A stretch of DNA of 64,000 bases from the NCBI RefSeq assembly GCF_028641065.1, contig NC_073398.1, positions 28,706,001 to 28,770,000 of the forward strand, read 5' to 3'. The DNA comes from Leucoraja erinacea (lineage: Eukaryota). Under the pieces are notes generated by a model that was given only the letters and a program-made list of their open reading frames with translations, made no database searches and was not told the DNA's origin. Made by a program: the position numbers and the translations under genes. Below are positions 12,856 to 24,970 of the stretch, piece after piece; the first letter of the stretch is position 1; each line of letters opens with the position of its first letter.

Positions 12856-13212
12856 TCTATATATATATATATAAAAACTCAAATCCGTCCGTCCGCCTGC
12901 AGTACGGATCCCTTCCTGCCTTTCGATTCGTGCCCGATACTCGCAGATGTCCAATCGGAATGGCCGATGCTCGCAGATGTCCAATCGGAATGGATTCATT
13001 TGCATGTACGGCTGCCGGCTGCATTTCTTCCTTTGATTCATTGCCACGCCCAATCCAGACTTGGAGACGTTGTTTATTTCCTTCGTTCCATAGATGCTGC
13101 TGCACCTGCGGCGTCCCCAATCCATTGGAGGAGACGGGTGCATGGTGGAATATTGGGTTGGGGGAATCACACCATTGGGGGAGCAGACCCAACGGGTCTG
13201 CACTTGGTCTAG
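12856..13212 (+). mobile_element. Non-autonomous Helitron copy C
   Basis: A|TCTATATAT start; perfect hairpin GCAGACCC-aac-GGGTCTGC (13183-13201); ACTTGGTCTAG|T end. Confidence 0.85.
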
Positions 13213-13869
13213 TTTCTTTTAAAGACGATGACAAAAAAAAAGCACACCCCTAAATGTTATGTAAATACAAAAATGTCCCTGGGCATTCTCTAGCTCAAAT
13301 ATTCAATCGTCCAAGTAAGATCCAAAAAAATGTAGTAACAGAGGAATTGAAGTAATCAATAGACGTAATTGCCACGTCAAGATTAAGACCAGCAGATATG
13401 CATCTGGTGACTGCAAAACAACTAGGGTAAAAGGCTACTATTCATGCTCGAACAGGGGTTAGTATTGGCAGGCTGCAGCTGTAATAAATTAACTTCACTC
13501 AGCATCAAACGTTTCACGGCTGAATAATCAGCTTTAGTTGTGCCTCATTTACCTGCACCCTCACAGACACAGGAACAAAAAGCAATTCAAGCAGGACCGA
13601 TGCCTCCAGAGATGCGGCTCAACCCACTGAGTCTTCCAGTGTTTCACTTCGGTTCTAGATTCCACCATTTACTCTCCTTTGCCTTTATTCCCTTAAAAAC
13701 ACCCCTGAAAACCCAACACTTTCATCATCTGCCCGATAATTTTCAAGAATTTATCATCAATTTTTGTTTGAAGACTCCTCTGAAATGCCTTGGGAGACAT
13801 TGCTATATCATAGGTACTTTGATTCTTGTACTTGGAAACCATTTAAATACTCCTGATGTAGTAATAAAG

Positions 13870-14390
13870 AGCTGCAGATGCTGGTCAATACACAAAAGGA
13901 CACAAATTTGCTGGAGAACATTGATAGGTGATGAACCATGATCAGACTGACCTCCTGTCCTGGGCTTCCTGCATTGCCAGAGTGAGGGCACATGCAAATT
14001 GGAGGAACAGCACCTAATTCCACTTGGGTAGCTTACAAGCCAACAGCACGAATGTCCAATTTTCCAATTTTAGGCAACCTCTCACTAATTCCCCCCTTTT
14101 TTTCTTCCCCCCCCCCTTCCTCCCACTTGGAGTCCCACTTGGAGTCCCCCCCTCCCCCCCCCCCCCCCCCCCCACCACACCCGTGGCTTCACAATCCCCA
14201 ACTCTTCAAATCAGAATCACACCTACTGTTCTTACGTCTGATATATGTTCCAACTATTTGTCTGTCTAATCCCCCCCTTGCCTGTGTCGACCTATTATCT
14301 GCTTTACCCCTTTTCCAGGTTTCTTCTCTCCTCACGGCAATCAGTCCAAAGACCCGAAAAGTCACCTATCCACATTCTCCAGGATTTTAA
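13870..14390 (+). mobile_element. Degenerate Penelope 3' fragment preceded by an inverted tail piece
   Basis: KLEEQHL..LGSLQ..NVQFSNF remnant of GIY-YIG C-terminus; decayed tail at ~14340-14385. Confidence 0.7.
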
Positions 14391-15317
14391 ACCCTGCTGG
14401 TGCCAAGGGTGGCCCAGTGGCACAGAGTGGCTGAACGTTGGGGTTTCCCACTGCACATCCACACAGTTTTGGACTAAGTAGTTTTGCTGTAGCAGCTCTC
14501 CTCTCTGGTTGAAACATTTGCAGGCAACTTACTTGTAGTAACATATTAAAACAGTAAATCCCGAGACAGCTCAAATGTAATAATCAAGGATATCAGGCTG
14601 ATCCAAACGAAAGTGTATAACACTGATACCCTCTGCCACACCGTAGTGCATTAATCAATCACAGGATCACACAGATGAGTTTCAAGAGATAAGGAATAGA
14701 GCAACAAATATGAGGGTTGTATGCAGATGTTGGGCTTAATTGTCTATTCTTTACCTTAAATAGGAATCTATATCTTTCAGACTTTCCATGTAAAAATTGT
14801 GAACTCTTTAGAGGTTGATTGCAGGTCACAGGTTAGGGACAAAGTGTGGCAGCTGCTTACATACACATTGTTTGCAAGAAAGTTATTTTCTCCAAATTGT
14901 AGACAGCTAAATATTCTCTAAAAAGGAATCGAGTGCCCGACCTGAAAAAAATGCTGATTTGAACGATGCCCATTGTAAACTAAATAATACAGTATTTGTA
15001 CAAGTTTTCTTATACTGCTGAATTATTTTACTCCATAAATTCATCAAAAATTATGGTCCAAACAAAAGAGAACAAATTTGAGAAATGTTACCCGGAAGAG
15101 AGGAAATCTTTTTTCAGTTGCAGAGTCACTTTTAACAAATTAACTAAATATAAAATGATAGATTTATTACTGACATATATACAAGTCACAAAATCTTCTT
15201 AAACAGCAAAGGAGAAGGGGAGAGGGAGGCATAAAGGAATAAAAAAGAGAAAGCATGTGGTTTGACAGAAACATATCTCACTAGCTACATACTACGATGT
15301 CTGCCATCTCCACCCAC

Positions 15318-15410
15318 CTGTCTTTAAAAATCTGTAAGGAATCCTGAGTCTGAGACAAGGTTGGGCGAAGAGTCTCCTAACGGGGAACCATCTGACTTTC
15401 TTCTGAGATC
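15318..15410 (-). CDS. KLHDC10: KLHDC10 coding exon 2 (GSQKKVRWFPVRRLFAQPCLRLRIPYRFLKT)
   Basis: Resembles KLHDC10 GKKKIRWDPVRRRFIQSCPIIRIPNRFLR; CAG acceptor, GTGGGT donor; 93 nt, phase 1-1. Confidence 0.88.
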
Positions 15411-18229
15411 CTGTCACCACAATTACCAGCAATGAGTCAGTCACACATGGCAACTCAAGCAAAATGGGATCAAGACACACAAAAACCAAAGAGAAACTAT
15501 GATGTATATTTGTCTACAGCCATATATCTGTACAGTAATAAAGGAGCTCTTTTTTTTTTAGCAATACTGTTTCTTTGTTATTCCGCATATAAATTTGGAG
15601 TAACCAAAGAAACGGTTTGTGATGGCAGAAGGGATACAAGTCTCAAGGGATACAAGTTTTTAGGTGCAAAAGAAGCATGATGCCTCACAAGGAGAAATTA
15701 CTCAGCAATGTACACTCTGAAAAAACTCATTTACTAATATATCTGCATCAAGAGGAAACCAGAAAAAAAATTTAAAGAGGATGAATTTATAAAAATGTAA
15801 AAAGCCAAGTGACACGACTAAATTGGATATCTTTTTCGGAGACCAAAAACAGATGCTCTTCAATCTATGTTAAAAAAAAAAAATCAGCATTTCTCTTAAT
15901 TTGTTTATGGATCTGTGCAATTAAAATGACATGCAAAATGGAAAATTGCATGCATATTTAATTGCTAATTGTACCTCGGTGAAGATTTGGATAGCCAAGA
16001 ATCCTAGAAAAAAAGGAATGTATTGGTCTGAAAATGTTATTATCATTTTCTTTCTTTACCACAAACCTCACCCAAACCTAGTCTAAAATAAGAATTGGTC
16101 TTTCAGCATCGACGATCAAATGTTAGGCCAGTGAACATTAGCTTTAATCAAATACAATCCATATTGAAGCCAAACATATACTAGTTTTCAGTGAAAAGGG
16201 GAATTCATTGAACAGGGACAGGGATCAAGAACTTTTGCTGCTTCTCAGGTAGAAACCCCAAACATGGCATTTGAAAGGGGATAAGCCAACACCACTGGAT
16301 TCAATCCTTGTTCTACAGTTTTTCCCCATTTTTACTTCAATTTGGAGGATATGCAGTGTTAATGCAGTGATTTTCTCTTGATAACGTGTTGAGGCTCCAT
16401 TTGAAGGACACAAGATCAAATGATGCTACTTTAAAGGTTTCTCATGTTTTTTAGTCAGTATTTTTTTCATTATCAACACGTTCAAAAGTAAAGTTTAATC
16501 ACATTCCTGTTTGTTGAATCAGGCCGTGTGCAATTTGGTTGGCTCATTTCTGACCGGAGTGATGAGAGCCACCCCCTCCCCCCTCCCTCTTTGTTTAATT
16601 TGGTCTCAGAGACAAGGCAACAGCCAGTGGTACACCAGGACAAAATAATAATAATTTTTAAATCATTGATGAAGTCAATGCACCAGCAGCGAGAAAAAAG
16701 TTGATGGTACTTTTTTAAATAATTGTGTTATGAACATACAGTTACTACAATACCATATATTATACTTTAATGGTGTCTAAATAACAGATGGCCAAGGCAT
16801 GTTACTTAAGATCTTTCACTGAAACTGATATGGATACAGGGACGTGGGATTTGAAGACTATAAGTTTGATCTTTATTTGACCGAATAAAATTGAGCTTTA
16901 GTCAGCATGTTAACAACTGTCAGGTCTGTTAATACAGCATGTGCTTCAATTCACATTCCCCCAAACAGCTGCCTACACTTTGATATTGTGACTTCATCCA
17001 CTGTCGTTTTTTGGCCGGCGATGCAGTCAAGTGACCCATGTTTCCTTGGGAAAATATTTTTGTTTTGGTACTAGAAGCAATAATCGTAGTTTACAATAAC
17101 ACATGAAACAGGATACAATTTTCACAGATTTTTCCAATGAAAAATCACCCCATCCCCAACCCTTTTCCAGTTAATCTCCACCCAATTGGCCTATTTTAAC
17201 AATGCGACAGTTCAATTCTGTATTCAGCAGTCAATGAGATGCGTCAGTAAATGAACATTAGTTCCGTTTTTCTGTGATAGTTCCTAACAATCAACAGCCT
17301 TATTTGATGAGTCTTCTGAGCTTGTTAACTTGAATTTTTTTTTAAATCACATGCCTTGTACAGAACAAATGTCGATGGAACTATTGGTGCAAAGGAAGCT
17401 ATTATAGTAAATATTTAGAAAAATATACCATCCTATGGATGATAATTCAATAATATATTCTGGCCCCAGATAAACCAAACTCCTGGTATCTCCCAAGTAA
17501 ATGTATTGGTAACACAAATGCAGAACATAAGCCACAATAATGTTCCTTCTCTTAAAAAGTATTTTCACAGTTCCTCTTTAAGCTGGTTTCTTGAACTACA
17601 TTTTCCAATGGTTTGAATATAAAGTAATATACAATCCCACCCCCTCAAGTCCTTTTCATGATGGATTGCCACCCAACATTTAACTTAACTGTGTAAATTT
17701 AATATAATAAAACATCCCAAAGTACTTCATCACAAAAACAAGCAAACACTGCAGGGCTAAAAACTTAGGAGTTACAGTTGAACAAGTGATTCAAAGGCAG
17801 GTTCAGAGCAGGCAGTAAAGAACATGGCCTAGAATGAAAGGGAGAACTTTAAGCATGGTGTAAAGTAAGTGAAGGAAGACAAGGGATTGGTGTTTCAAAG
17901 GTACCAGAGATGGATGAAGGTGACAGAGTGTAGTTACCTTGAAACAAGGTGGAACAAGGGCACAGAGCAATTTGCAGAGGTCAAATAGTTGGAAATTCTT
18001 GAAAAAGACAATGAATACCGAGTACAGGTAATTAATAAACATTGTAGCTGATGAATAATGGGGATAGGATTCCTCGGGGAGAGGGCAAAGATGGCTGTAC
18101 TTTGGATGAGCTCTAAATATATAGAAGGCAGGATGTGGAAGACCGATTGGCAAACTGTTGGAATTATTAAAGATAACCCTGCAATTCTATGGAACATTGA
18201 ACAAAAAAAAAAATTTAGGAGAGCAAAAC

Positions 18230-19740
18230 GTCAAGTATTGCCCCAGCTCCTGGGGGAGCCATCCGGAGACTGTCGGCCAGGCACGGAACTCGCTATCAAA
18301 ATATGGAGGGGACCGGGGGACACAATTTTTTGGCTGCCGCGCACGCATGCGCACACTCACACACACATGCGCGTGGCTTCGGAGGCTCAATCCAGCGCTA
18401 AATACAGCTCAACTCTGCCTGTCTCACCGGGTTAACCTACAAGCCCCGACAGGACTGACGGGATACCTGCGCTGCTTCTCCGCGCTGGCCATATTTCCCG
18501 CAAGCCCAGGCAGGTTAACCTAGTGGGACAGGCAGAGTTGAGCTGGGTTTAGCGCTGCTTCTCTGCGCTGGCTGTGGGCCTGGGGGTACAGCTCCCGTCT
18601 GACTCCCGACCTCTCTGGACACCCGTGGGGGGGGCACTCGGGTGGGGACGGGACAGCGCCGGAGACCCAGCCGGGATTGATCCTGGCTGCGGATGAGGCG
18701 CAGGTCTGTGACACGTCTCCCTCCTCCAATCACCGCACTCTATCCTCAGTCCTACCCCCCCCCCCCCACTCCTCCCTCCTCCAATCATCGCGCTGAATTG
18801 TATTGTATTCCTGGAGCCAGTTCATCATGTCCCACCCCCATTGCCTGCTGACCGACGTCTCTTTCGTCCAATCGGCGCCCTCGATCAGCAGTCCCACCTC
18901 CACTGTCTCGCGGAAAGTGGATATTTTAAAATCCGGATGACAAAAACTGCGGGTGGGGGGGGGGGGTGGTGGGGGATGTCCCCCACCTCTCAAAACATGG
19001 GGGGGAGAGACGTGTCCTCCCTAGCCCGCCCCCCCCCCCCCCGGGTTTTCCGCCTGTGCCGTCGGCTGCACCTCTCTCCATGTCCTGTAGCTGTCGGTTG
19101 GCCAACTCAGCCAAGCTCCGGTCATCGGCGAGGATGCACACGGGGTGCTGCGGTGGCTTGGCGGGTCAGGCAAAATCTCTGGAGAACGTCACCCATTCCT
19201 CTTCTCCAGGAATGCTGCCTAACCCGCTGAGTTGCTGCAGCATTTTGTGTGTATCCCCGTTGATTCCCCGCGCTGGTTGTGGGCTTGGGGCCGCCGCTGT
19301 CCCGTTGGTCCAGGGTTGTTCCAGACGTTTCCGGCCACCCCCCGGGTGGGGATGGGACATTCTGGGGGGGAGAAGGTCCAGCGGCGGGTCGGCAGCGCTT
19401 AAGGCGCCGGGGACCTGGGTTCGATCCTGGCTGTGGATGAGGCATGGGTCTGTGTGCGCAGAGCAGCACAGCAGCCGAGAATCTCTCCGGCGGTCCAGTC
19501 TCTCCCCTGTATCCCACTCACATCTGCCCCCTCTCTCTCGCTCTCCCACCCCACTCTCCCACTACCTGGCACCCCTGTTCCTCAGAATAAATATATTTTT
19601 ACACATATCTTATGAATAAAAATAAGAATTTATACACAGTTTATACTGCCAGCGCTTCATTCGCTTTTTTTTTTAAATCGCGAATGACCTTTGACAAATC
19701 CCATGATTTCTTGCGTTTTTCGGAATACCCAACTCATTTA
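18230..19740. mobile_element. Related composite TIR element (left boundary approximate)
   Basis: Shares right terminal ~170 bp and internal SINE-head-like blocks with 8779-9677. Confidence 0.55.
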
Positions 19741-20540
19741 TACTGGTGAGATTACAAACACGTTAACAAATAATCTGTACATTTTATCACCATTGAAATT
19801 GTCATATAGTTTTGGTTCTTTACATATGCCCCTTATAAATAGGACAAAACAGAATACCATTATCAGAGTACGATGAAAAGGAGAGCAATTTTACACATTA
19901 GAAATTCTTGTGGGCTTGTAATTAATTATAAATTTATAATAAAAAACAATTTTAAAATAAACTAGTGAAACATAGGAAGCCAGCGTGACATATTGCATGT
20001 TACAAGCTCATAACTTGTAACAGAGAACCCATATTTGTAAATTAATAATCATTAAGGATTGACTTTTTGTACCGTGTGCACAGGAACCATGCCTTATCTG
20101 GGCCGTACATTGTTGGTAAAACATACTATTATTTAATTAGCTGTTCCCATTATACAAGAACAATTCCCTCAATCCTCAGATGCCCAACTCTGTCTTCCAT
20201 CGTTACGAACACATTCACCATGTCAATATTCCACAAACTCACCTCCATGTAAAATGATTCAAATTATACAGGACATTGGCCAGATTAAAGAAGTGGAAAC
20301 TACTGCTATCAGGTCAATCCAAACCAAATACATAAAATTAAGATAATTAGAAGAGCCAAAGGAAATTCGATTTTTATTAAAAACAAAAGGACATTGTCAA
20401 ATTGGAAGTGAATGAATACTCATGGAAAAACAAACAGCCATCCTGAAAAAGCTCGAGTGAGTCAAATTTGATTGCTCTTTTAAAGAGCTAACATGTCACC
20501 GTGGTGCAGCACCAGAGACCCAGGTTTGATTCTTATCATG

Positions 20541-21580
20541 TAGGTATGTTACAAAACCTACCTGAATCGTGGCTGAGAATCTGTCCCAGCCCCGTGTGTG
20601 TGATTTTGGCGCTGTTTAGAGGGGGCGGGTTTAAAACTCGATTTTTACTAGGCTGTTGCAATTGAAAATGTTCAGCCTAGTAAATCATTAACGGAAAATC
20701 GCTGAAAGACCCCGTCGCAAAAGGTATTATTAGTTTTTATGGCCTTGTATAATAGTTATAGTAGTTTAAAAATCACTCTCTCAACCCGCAACCTCTCGCA
20801 GCCCCAGGGTTTTATAAAGCAAACAATTAAAGGTATGTACCTTATTTTTACATTAGAAGGGGCTTCTTAAGAACCCTGTCTATAAAGTTTTCTATAGCGA
20901 GTAGCTCATTTTGGGCTCTTTATATCCTGCAGTATTTTTCTGAGCATTTGAGGGCACAAATCCAGCGCAATGTGAACGTTCTAAACCAGCGCGTTCACAG
21001 GAACCCACTAGAAAGCCGATTTAAATTGACTTTAATTTACAGCAATTGAACACTAAATTCCTTCCATTTGGCCTATAAATTGATGTAAATGAGATTTAAA
21101 AATCATGTTTTATTGTGAATTATTTGTGACTATTATTTGGACACTTAGGCTATTTAAAAATGTTAATCATTTATTAAGAAATGGATAGATGTTTAAATCT
21201 AGTAATTGAAGTTTGAAATTAGCTACAATTGGGTAACTAACTAATTATATGCTTTAATTTCAGGTCCTCCAAGTAAGATTATTTTATATTTGTTTCAGAA
21301 TGGTTCAATCTATGATAACTGAAAATTTCATTCAGTTCTCTTAATTTTTAAGAAGGTTATGGGCTTTTGACAGCACACGATCACAGCTTTTTTGTCTTGT
21401 CCATAGAAAATCAATAGGGAACAAGATGCTAATTTCCGAGTATGAAAATGGCCATAACTTTTTTATTACTTGAGATACGAAAGTGAATTAGGTGTCAAAT
21501 TAAACGTATTGTTATGCTTTATCTGATGGGATAAATTGCAGACTTGATTTTTTAAATCTCAAAATTTTGTAACATTGCTA
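20541..21580. mobile_element. Non-autonomous DNA transposon with 7-bp TSD, inserted in a V-SINE
   Basis: TIRs TAGGTATGTTACAAAA / TTTTGTAACATTGCTA; TATCATG duplicated at 20534-20540 and 21581-21587; SINE halves on both sides. Confidence 0.8.
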
Positions 21581-22033
21581 TATCATGGGCACTGTTTGTA
21601 CGAAGTTCTCCTTGTGAGTGTATGGGTTTTCTCCAGGGGCTCTGGTTTCCTCTCACATTCCAAGAATGTGCAGGTTTGTATTCTAATTGTTTTCTGTAAA
21701 TTGTCCCTCGTGTGTAGGGCTAGTGTACAGATGATTGTTAGTCTGCATAGACTCAGTGTGAAGAAGGACCTATTTCCAGGCTGTATCGCTAAAGTAAATT
21801 TTAATTATCCCATTGGTCTCCTCCTACAGTGAAATTATTATTATTTTTTTTTTTTAAATCACAATATAATTATAGTGGTGGTTATCGCCCATGCATTGTT
21901 TTGTTTTGGCCAGCACTAAAGAAAATGCACCTTAACCACATTTTGACATTCACTATCATCCTATCATAAACAATTCATTTGTTCTCTCTGCTCCACCCCT
22001 TTCTCCGCAACCTAAACTATTTAAAGTTCTATC

Positions 22034-22202
22034 CTGTTTAAGAAAGAACTGCAGATGCTGGAAAAATCAAAGGTAGACAAAAATGCTGGAGAAACTCAGC
22101 GGGTGAGGAAGCATCTATGGAGCGAAGGAATAGGTGAGGTCTATTCCTTCGCTCCATAGATGCTGCCTCACCTGCTGAATTTCTCCAGCATTTTTGTCTA
22201 CC
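22034..22202. mobile_element. Fold-back Penelope tail insertion
   Basis: Inverted ~65-bp arms; TSD TTAAAGTTCTATC (22021-22033 / 22203-22215). Confidence 0.85.
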
Positions 22203-22838
22203 TTAAAGTTCTATCTTGACCTTTTCAGGTTGGATTTTCTCTGGACTATTAACTGTACTAACTTTGATAAATGCTACCTGCGTTCAACTTTCAAATCAAT
22301 ATCTATTCTATATGCTATTTGCACCCAACTTGATATAGGAGCAGATATAATAGCACACAAGCATCAATTTGAATAGTTAGACACAATCTATTATTAGATT
22401 CACATTCAGAATATGTGATGGCAAACAACACAAGAGTCAAATGATAGACACAAAATGCTGGATTAACTCAGCGGGACAGGCAGCATCTCTGGAGAGAATG
22501 GGTGAAGAAGGGTCTAACAAAAGGTCTCGACACAAAACATCACCCATTCCTTCTCTCCAGAGATGCTGCTCTGGAGAGAAGGAATACTGCTCTGCACTCA
22601 ATCTCATTCTCCCGCCTTCTCCCCATAACCCCTGACACCAGTACTAATCAATCTATCTCTGCCTTAGAATATCAATTGACTTGGCCTCCACAGCCGTCTG
22701 TGGCAACGAAGTCCACAGATTCACCAGGATGCTGCCTGACCCGCTGAGTTACTCCAGCACTGTTTTACTGTACATACAGACAGTTGATTGTGGGGACAAC
22801 TCTACAGATTATTTGTGAGTGGGCGGTCCAACACTGAC

Positions 22839-22905
22839 CTGGCGGCCCGGCCTGCGGCCTCTCGGTTACCTTCACGAACTGACTGAGAAGCGCCGGCTCC
22901 GACAT
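22839..22905 (-). CDS. KLHDC10: KLHDC10 coding exon 1 (MSEPALLSQFVKVTERPQAGPP/G)
   Basis: ATG at 22905 in a CpG-rich region; peptide resembles the vertebrate KLHDC10 N-terminus (..LNRFVQLSGRP..PG); GTCAGT donor; phase 1 fits exon 2. Confidence 0.8.
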
Positions 22906-23053
22906 CCCCGCAGAGCAGCCGCGGCCGAGCCACCCGACACACGGGGGACGTCGACCCCACGCCACAGTTTTGTTTTGTACCTCCAGCCACCTAATAATTA
23001 AAAATAAATTACACTGACATAAGTGACCGCGGCCGGGTCGCTGCCACTGGCGG

Positions 23054-23195
23054 CTGGGAAAGGCCGCGGCTTCACGGCCCCGACAGAGACTGGGAAAGGC
23101 CGCGGCTTCACGGCCCCCGACAGAGACTGGGAAAGGCCGCGGCTTCACGGCCCCCGACAGAGACTGGGAACAGGCCGCGGCTTCACGGCCCCGAC
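23054..23195. repeat. GC-rich minisatellite, ~36-37 bp unit, ~4 copies
   Basis: CTGGGAAAGGCCGCGGCTTCACGGCCCC(C)GACAGAGA repeated in tandem. Confidence 0.9.
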
Positions 23196-24942
23196 TCGGG
23201 CCCACGTCCCGCTCTCCCCTCACAACACAAACAGGCGCCGCAATCCACCAATCAACGTACCCCTCCTCAGCCCTGAGCCCAATCGCTGACCGCCTTATTT
23301 TGAGGTGGGCGCGTTCAGGAACGGCCAATCGAGCTACAAGCTGGATCGACTTCGCCCTTAAAGGGGCAGCGCCGGCAGGAGACGCAATCGACCGCCGATG
23401 GCATCGCCCTGCCCTTGCCAGTCGCCTTTTCGGCGACCTGCTGCAACTATGACAGTCGCCGGCAGTCGCCTAGTGGGACAGGCCCTTTAAGTTCGCCGGC
23501 GTCTGCGGGCGGGGACAACCCACGGAACCAAGCACTGGCCTGAAGAAGAGACCCGGCACGAAACATCACCTATCCATAAGATACTCAGTGGGACAGACAG
23601 CATCTCTGGAGCAAAATGAACAGGTGACGTTTCGGGTCCTGGCCCTTCTTTGGACTGAGAGTCAGGAGAGAGGGGAACGAGAGGGCAAGGTGCGAAAACG
23701 ACAAATCAAAGCAGTGGGTCTGGGTTAAAACGTGGGCACTGGCCTGAAGAAGAGTCGCCTGAAGAAGAGACCCGGCACTAAACATCACCCATCCATGTTC
23801 CTCAGAGATACTGCCCGGTCTGCTGAGTTACTCCAGCAATGTCTTTTCTGTAAGGCAGAATCTGCATTTCCTTGTTTCTACAAGCACAGGAGTTTGTCAT
23901 TGAAACTGATCTAAAGTGCACTTAAGTTACTCAGACTAATGTGCAGATGGAATAGCTATTTGGATAAATGGTATCTTCCACAGGTGCTGGCTGACCTGCT
24001 AAGTTACTCCAGGACATTGTGTTCTCCTTGAGTAAACTGGCCTTTATTGATAAGAGGGATAATGCAGGAAAATGTTGTGGGTGATCGGTCGTGATTTTAT
24101 TGAATAGGCACGAAGGTCCGAATGGTGTATTCATGCTCCTGTTTCTTGTGTTTACATTCGTTCTTATCCTTCAATTGTGAAGAGCGTCTCTTTATCATAT
24201 GAATGAAATGATTTTTGGTGCATCTTTACAAGCACTAGTATGAATTTAATTGGACTAGTTCATATGACAAATAAACACTTTTGACGCTTGAAGGGTAAAG
24301 TACAAAACTAAACATTAGTACATAAGAAATAGAAGCAAGAATGGGCATTTGAGACCCCAGTGTCTGCATGGCCATTGATTAAAATGACAGCTTATCACCC
24401 AAAATACAATTTTCCTACGTTATCTCCTTGTCTCCTGATATCCAATTTGTATGCGATTAATGATTGAGACTCTGCAGGGATCAGAAACAGAGAATTCAAA
24501 ATCAATATAGGAAGTCAAACCCTGGATCTATTGTTACTTCAACCAATTAAACCACACAGGTGGTAGAGTTATAGACTATATTGAGTCTTGGTGAAGGCAC
24601 ACCTGGAGGATTGTGTGCAAACTTGGTTCACTTGCCTAAAACGTTTCATCTAATATAATTTAACTATGACAAGAGTTCAGTAAGGTTACACCAGACTGGT
24701 TCTTAAGATGTCAAGCTGGTCACATATGTATTTTGTTAAAATAATATAAATTACATACAAATTATGACAGAAAAATAACATCACAAACCAACTGTTTTTG
24801 CAAATGTAATGTTTCTAACTTGCTGTTTTTTTAAAATATTCTTTCTTCATTTATTCTCCTAATATTATTAAATGGAAGGTACACAAAATTGCTGGAGAAA
24901 CTCAGCGGGTGCAGCAGCATCTATGGAGCGAAGGAAATAGGC

Positions 24943-24970
24943 GACGTTTCGGGCCGAAACCCTTCTTCAG
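24943..24970 (-). ncRNA. Minimal type I hammerhead ribozyme core in a Penelope tail (24877-24973)
   Basis: CUGAAGA-A-GGGU-UUCG-GCCC-GAAAC-GUC on the minus strand. Confidence 0.7.

Larger units (their letters stand above)
22820..23520 (-). promoter_or_regulatory. KLHDC10 CpG-island promoter
   Basis: CpG-rich around and upstream of exon 1; several CCAATC boxes at ~23250-23330. Confidence 0.6.

Noticed and set aside
18841-19619. Several overlapping 120-217-aa ORFs
   Set aside because: Stop-poor GC-rich repeat mosaic; no recognisable domain or splice structure
23054-23195. CRISPR-like 36-37-bp periodicity
   Set aside because: No unique spacers, no cas genes, vertebrate context; it is a minisatellite
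22765-23328. 187-aa minus-strand ORF over the KLHDC10 promoter
   Set aside because: Read-through of the GC-rich minisatellite; only the MSEPALL...PPG part has splice and homology support
23470-23490. AGTGGGACAGGCCCTTTAA, Harbinger-like TIR
   Set aside because: No matching left TIR found, so no element can be delimited
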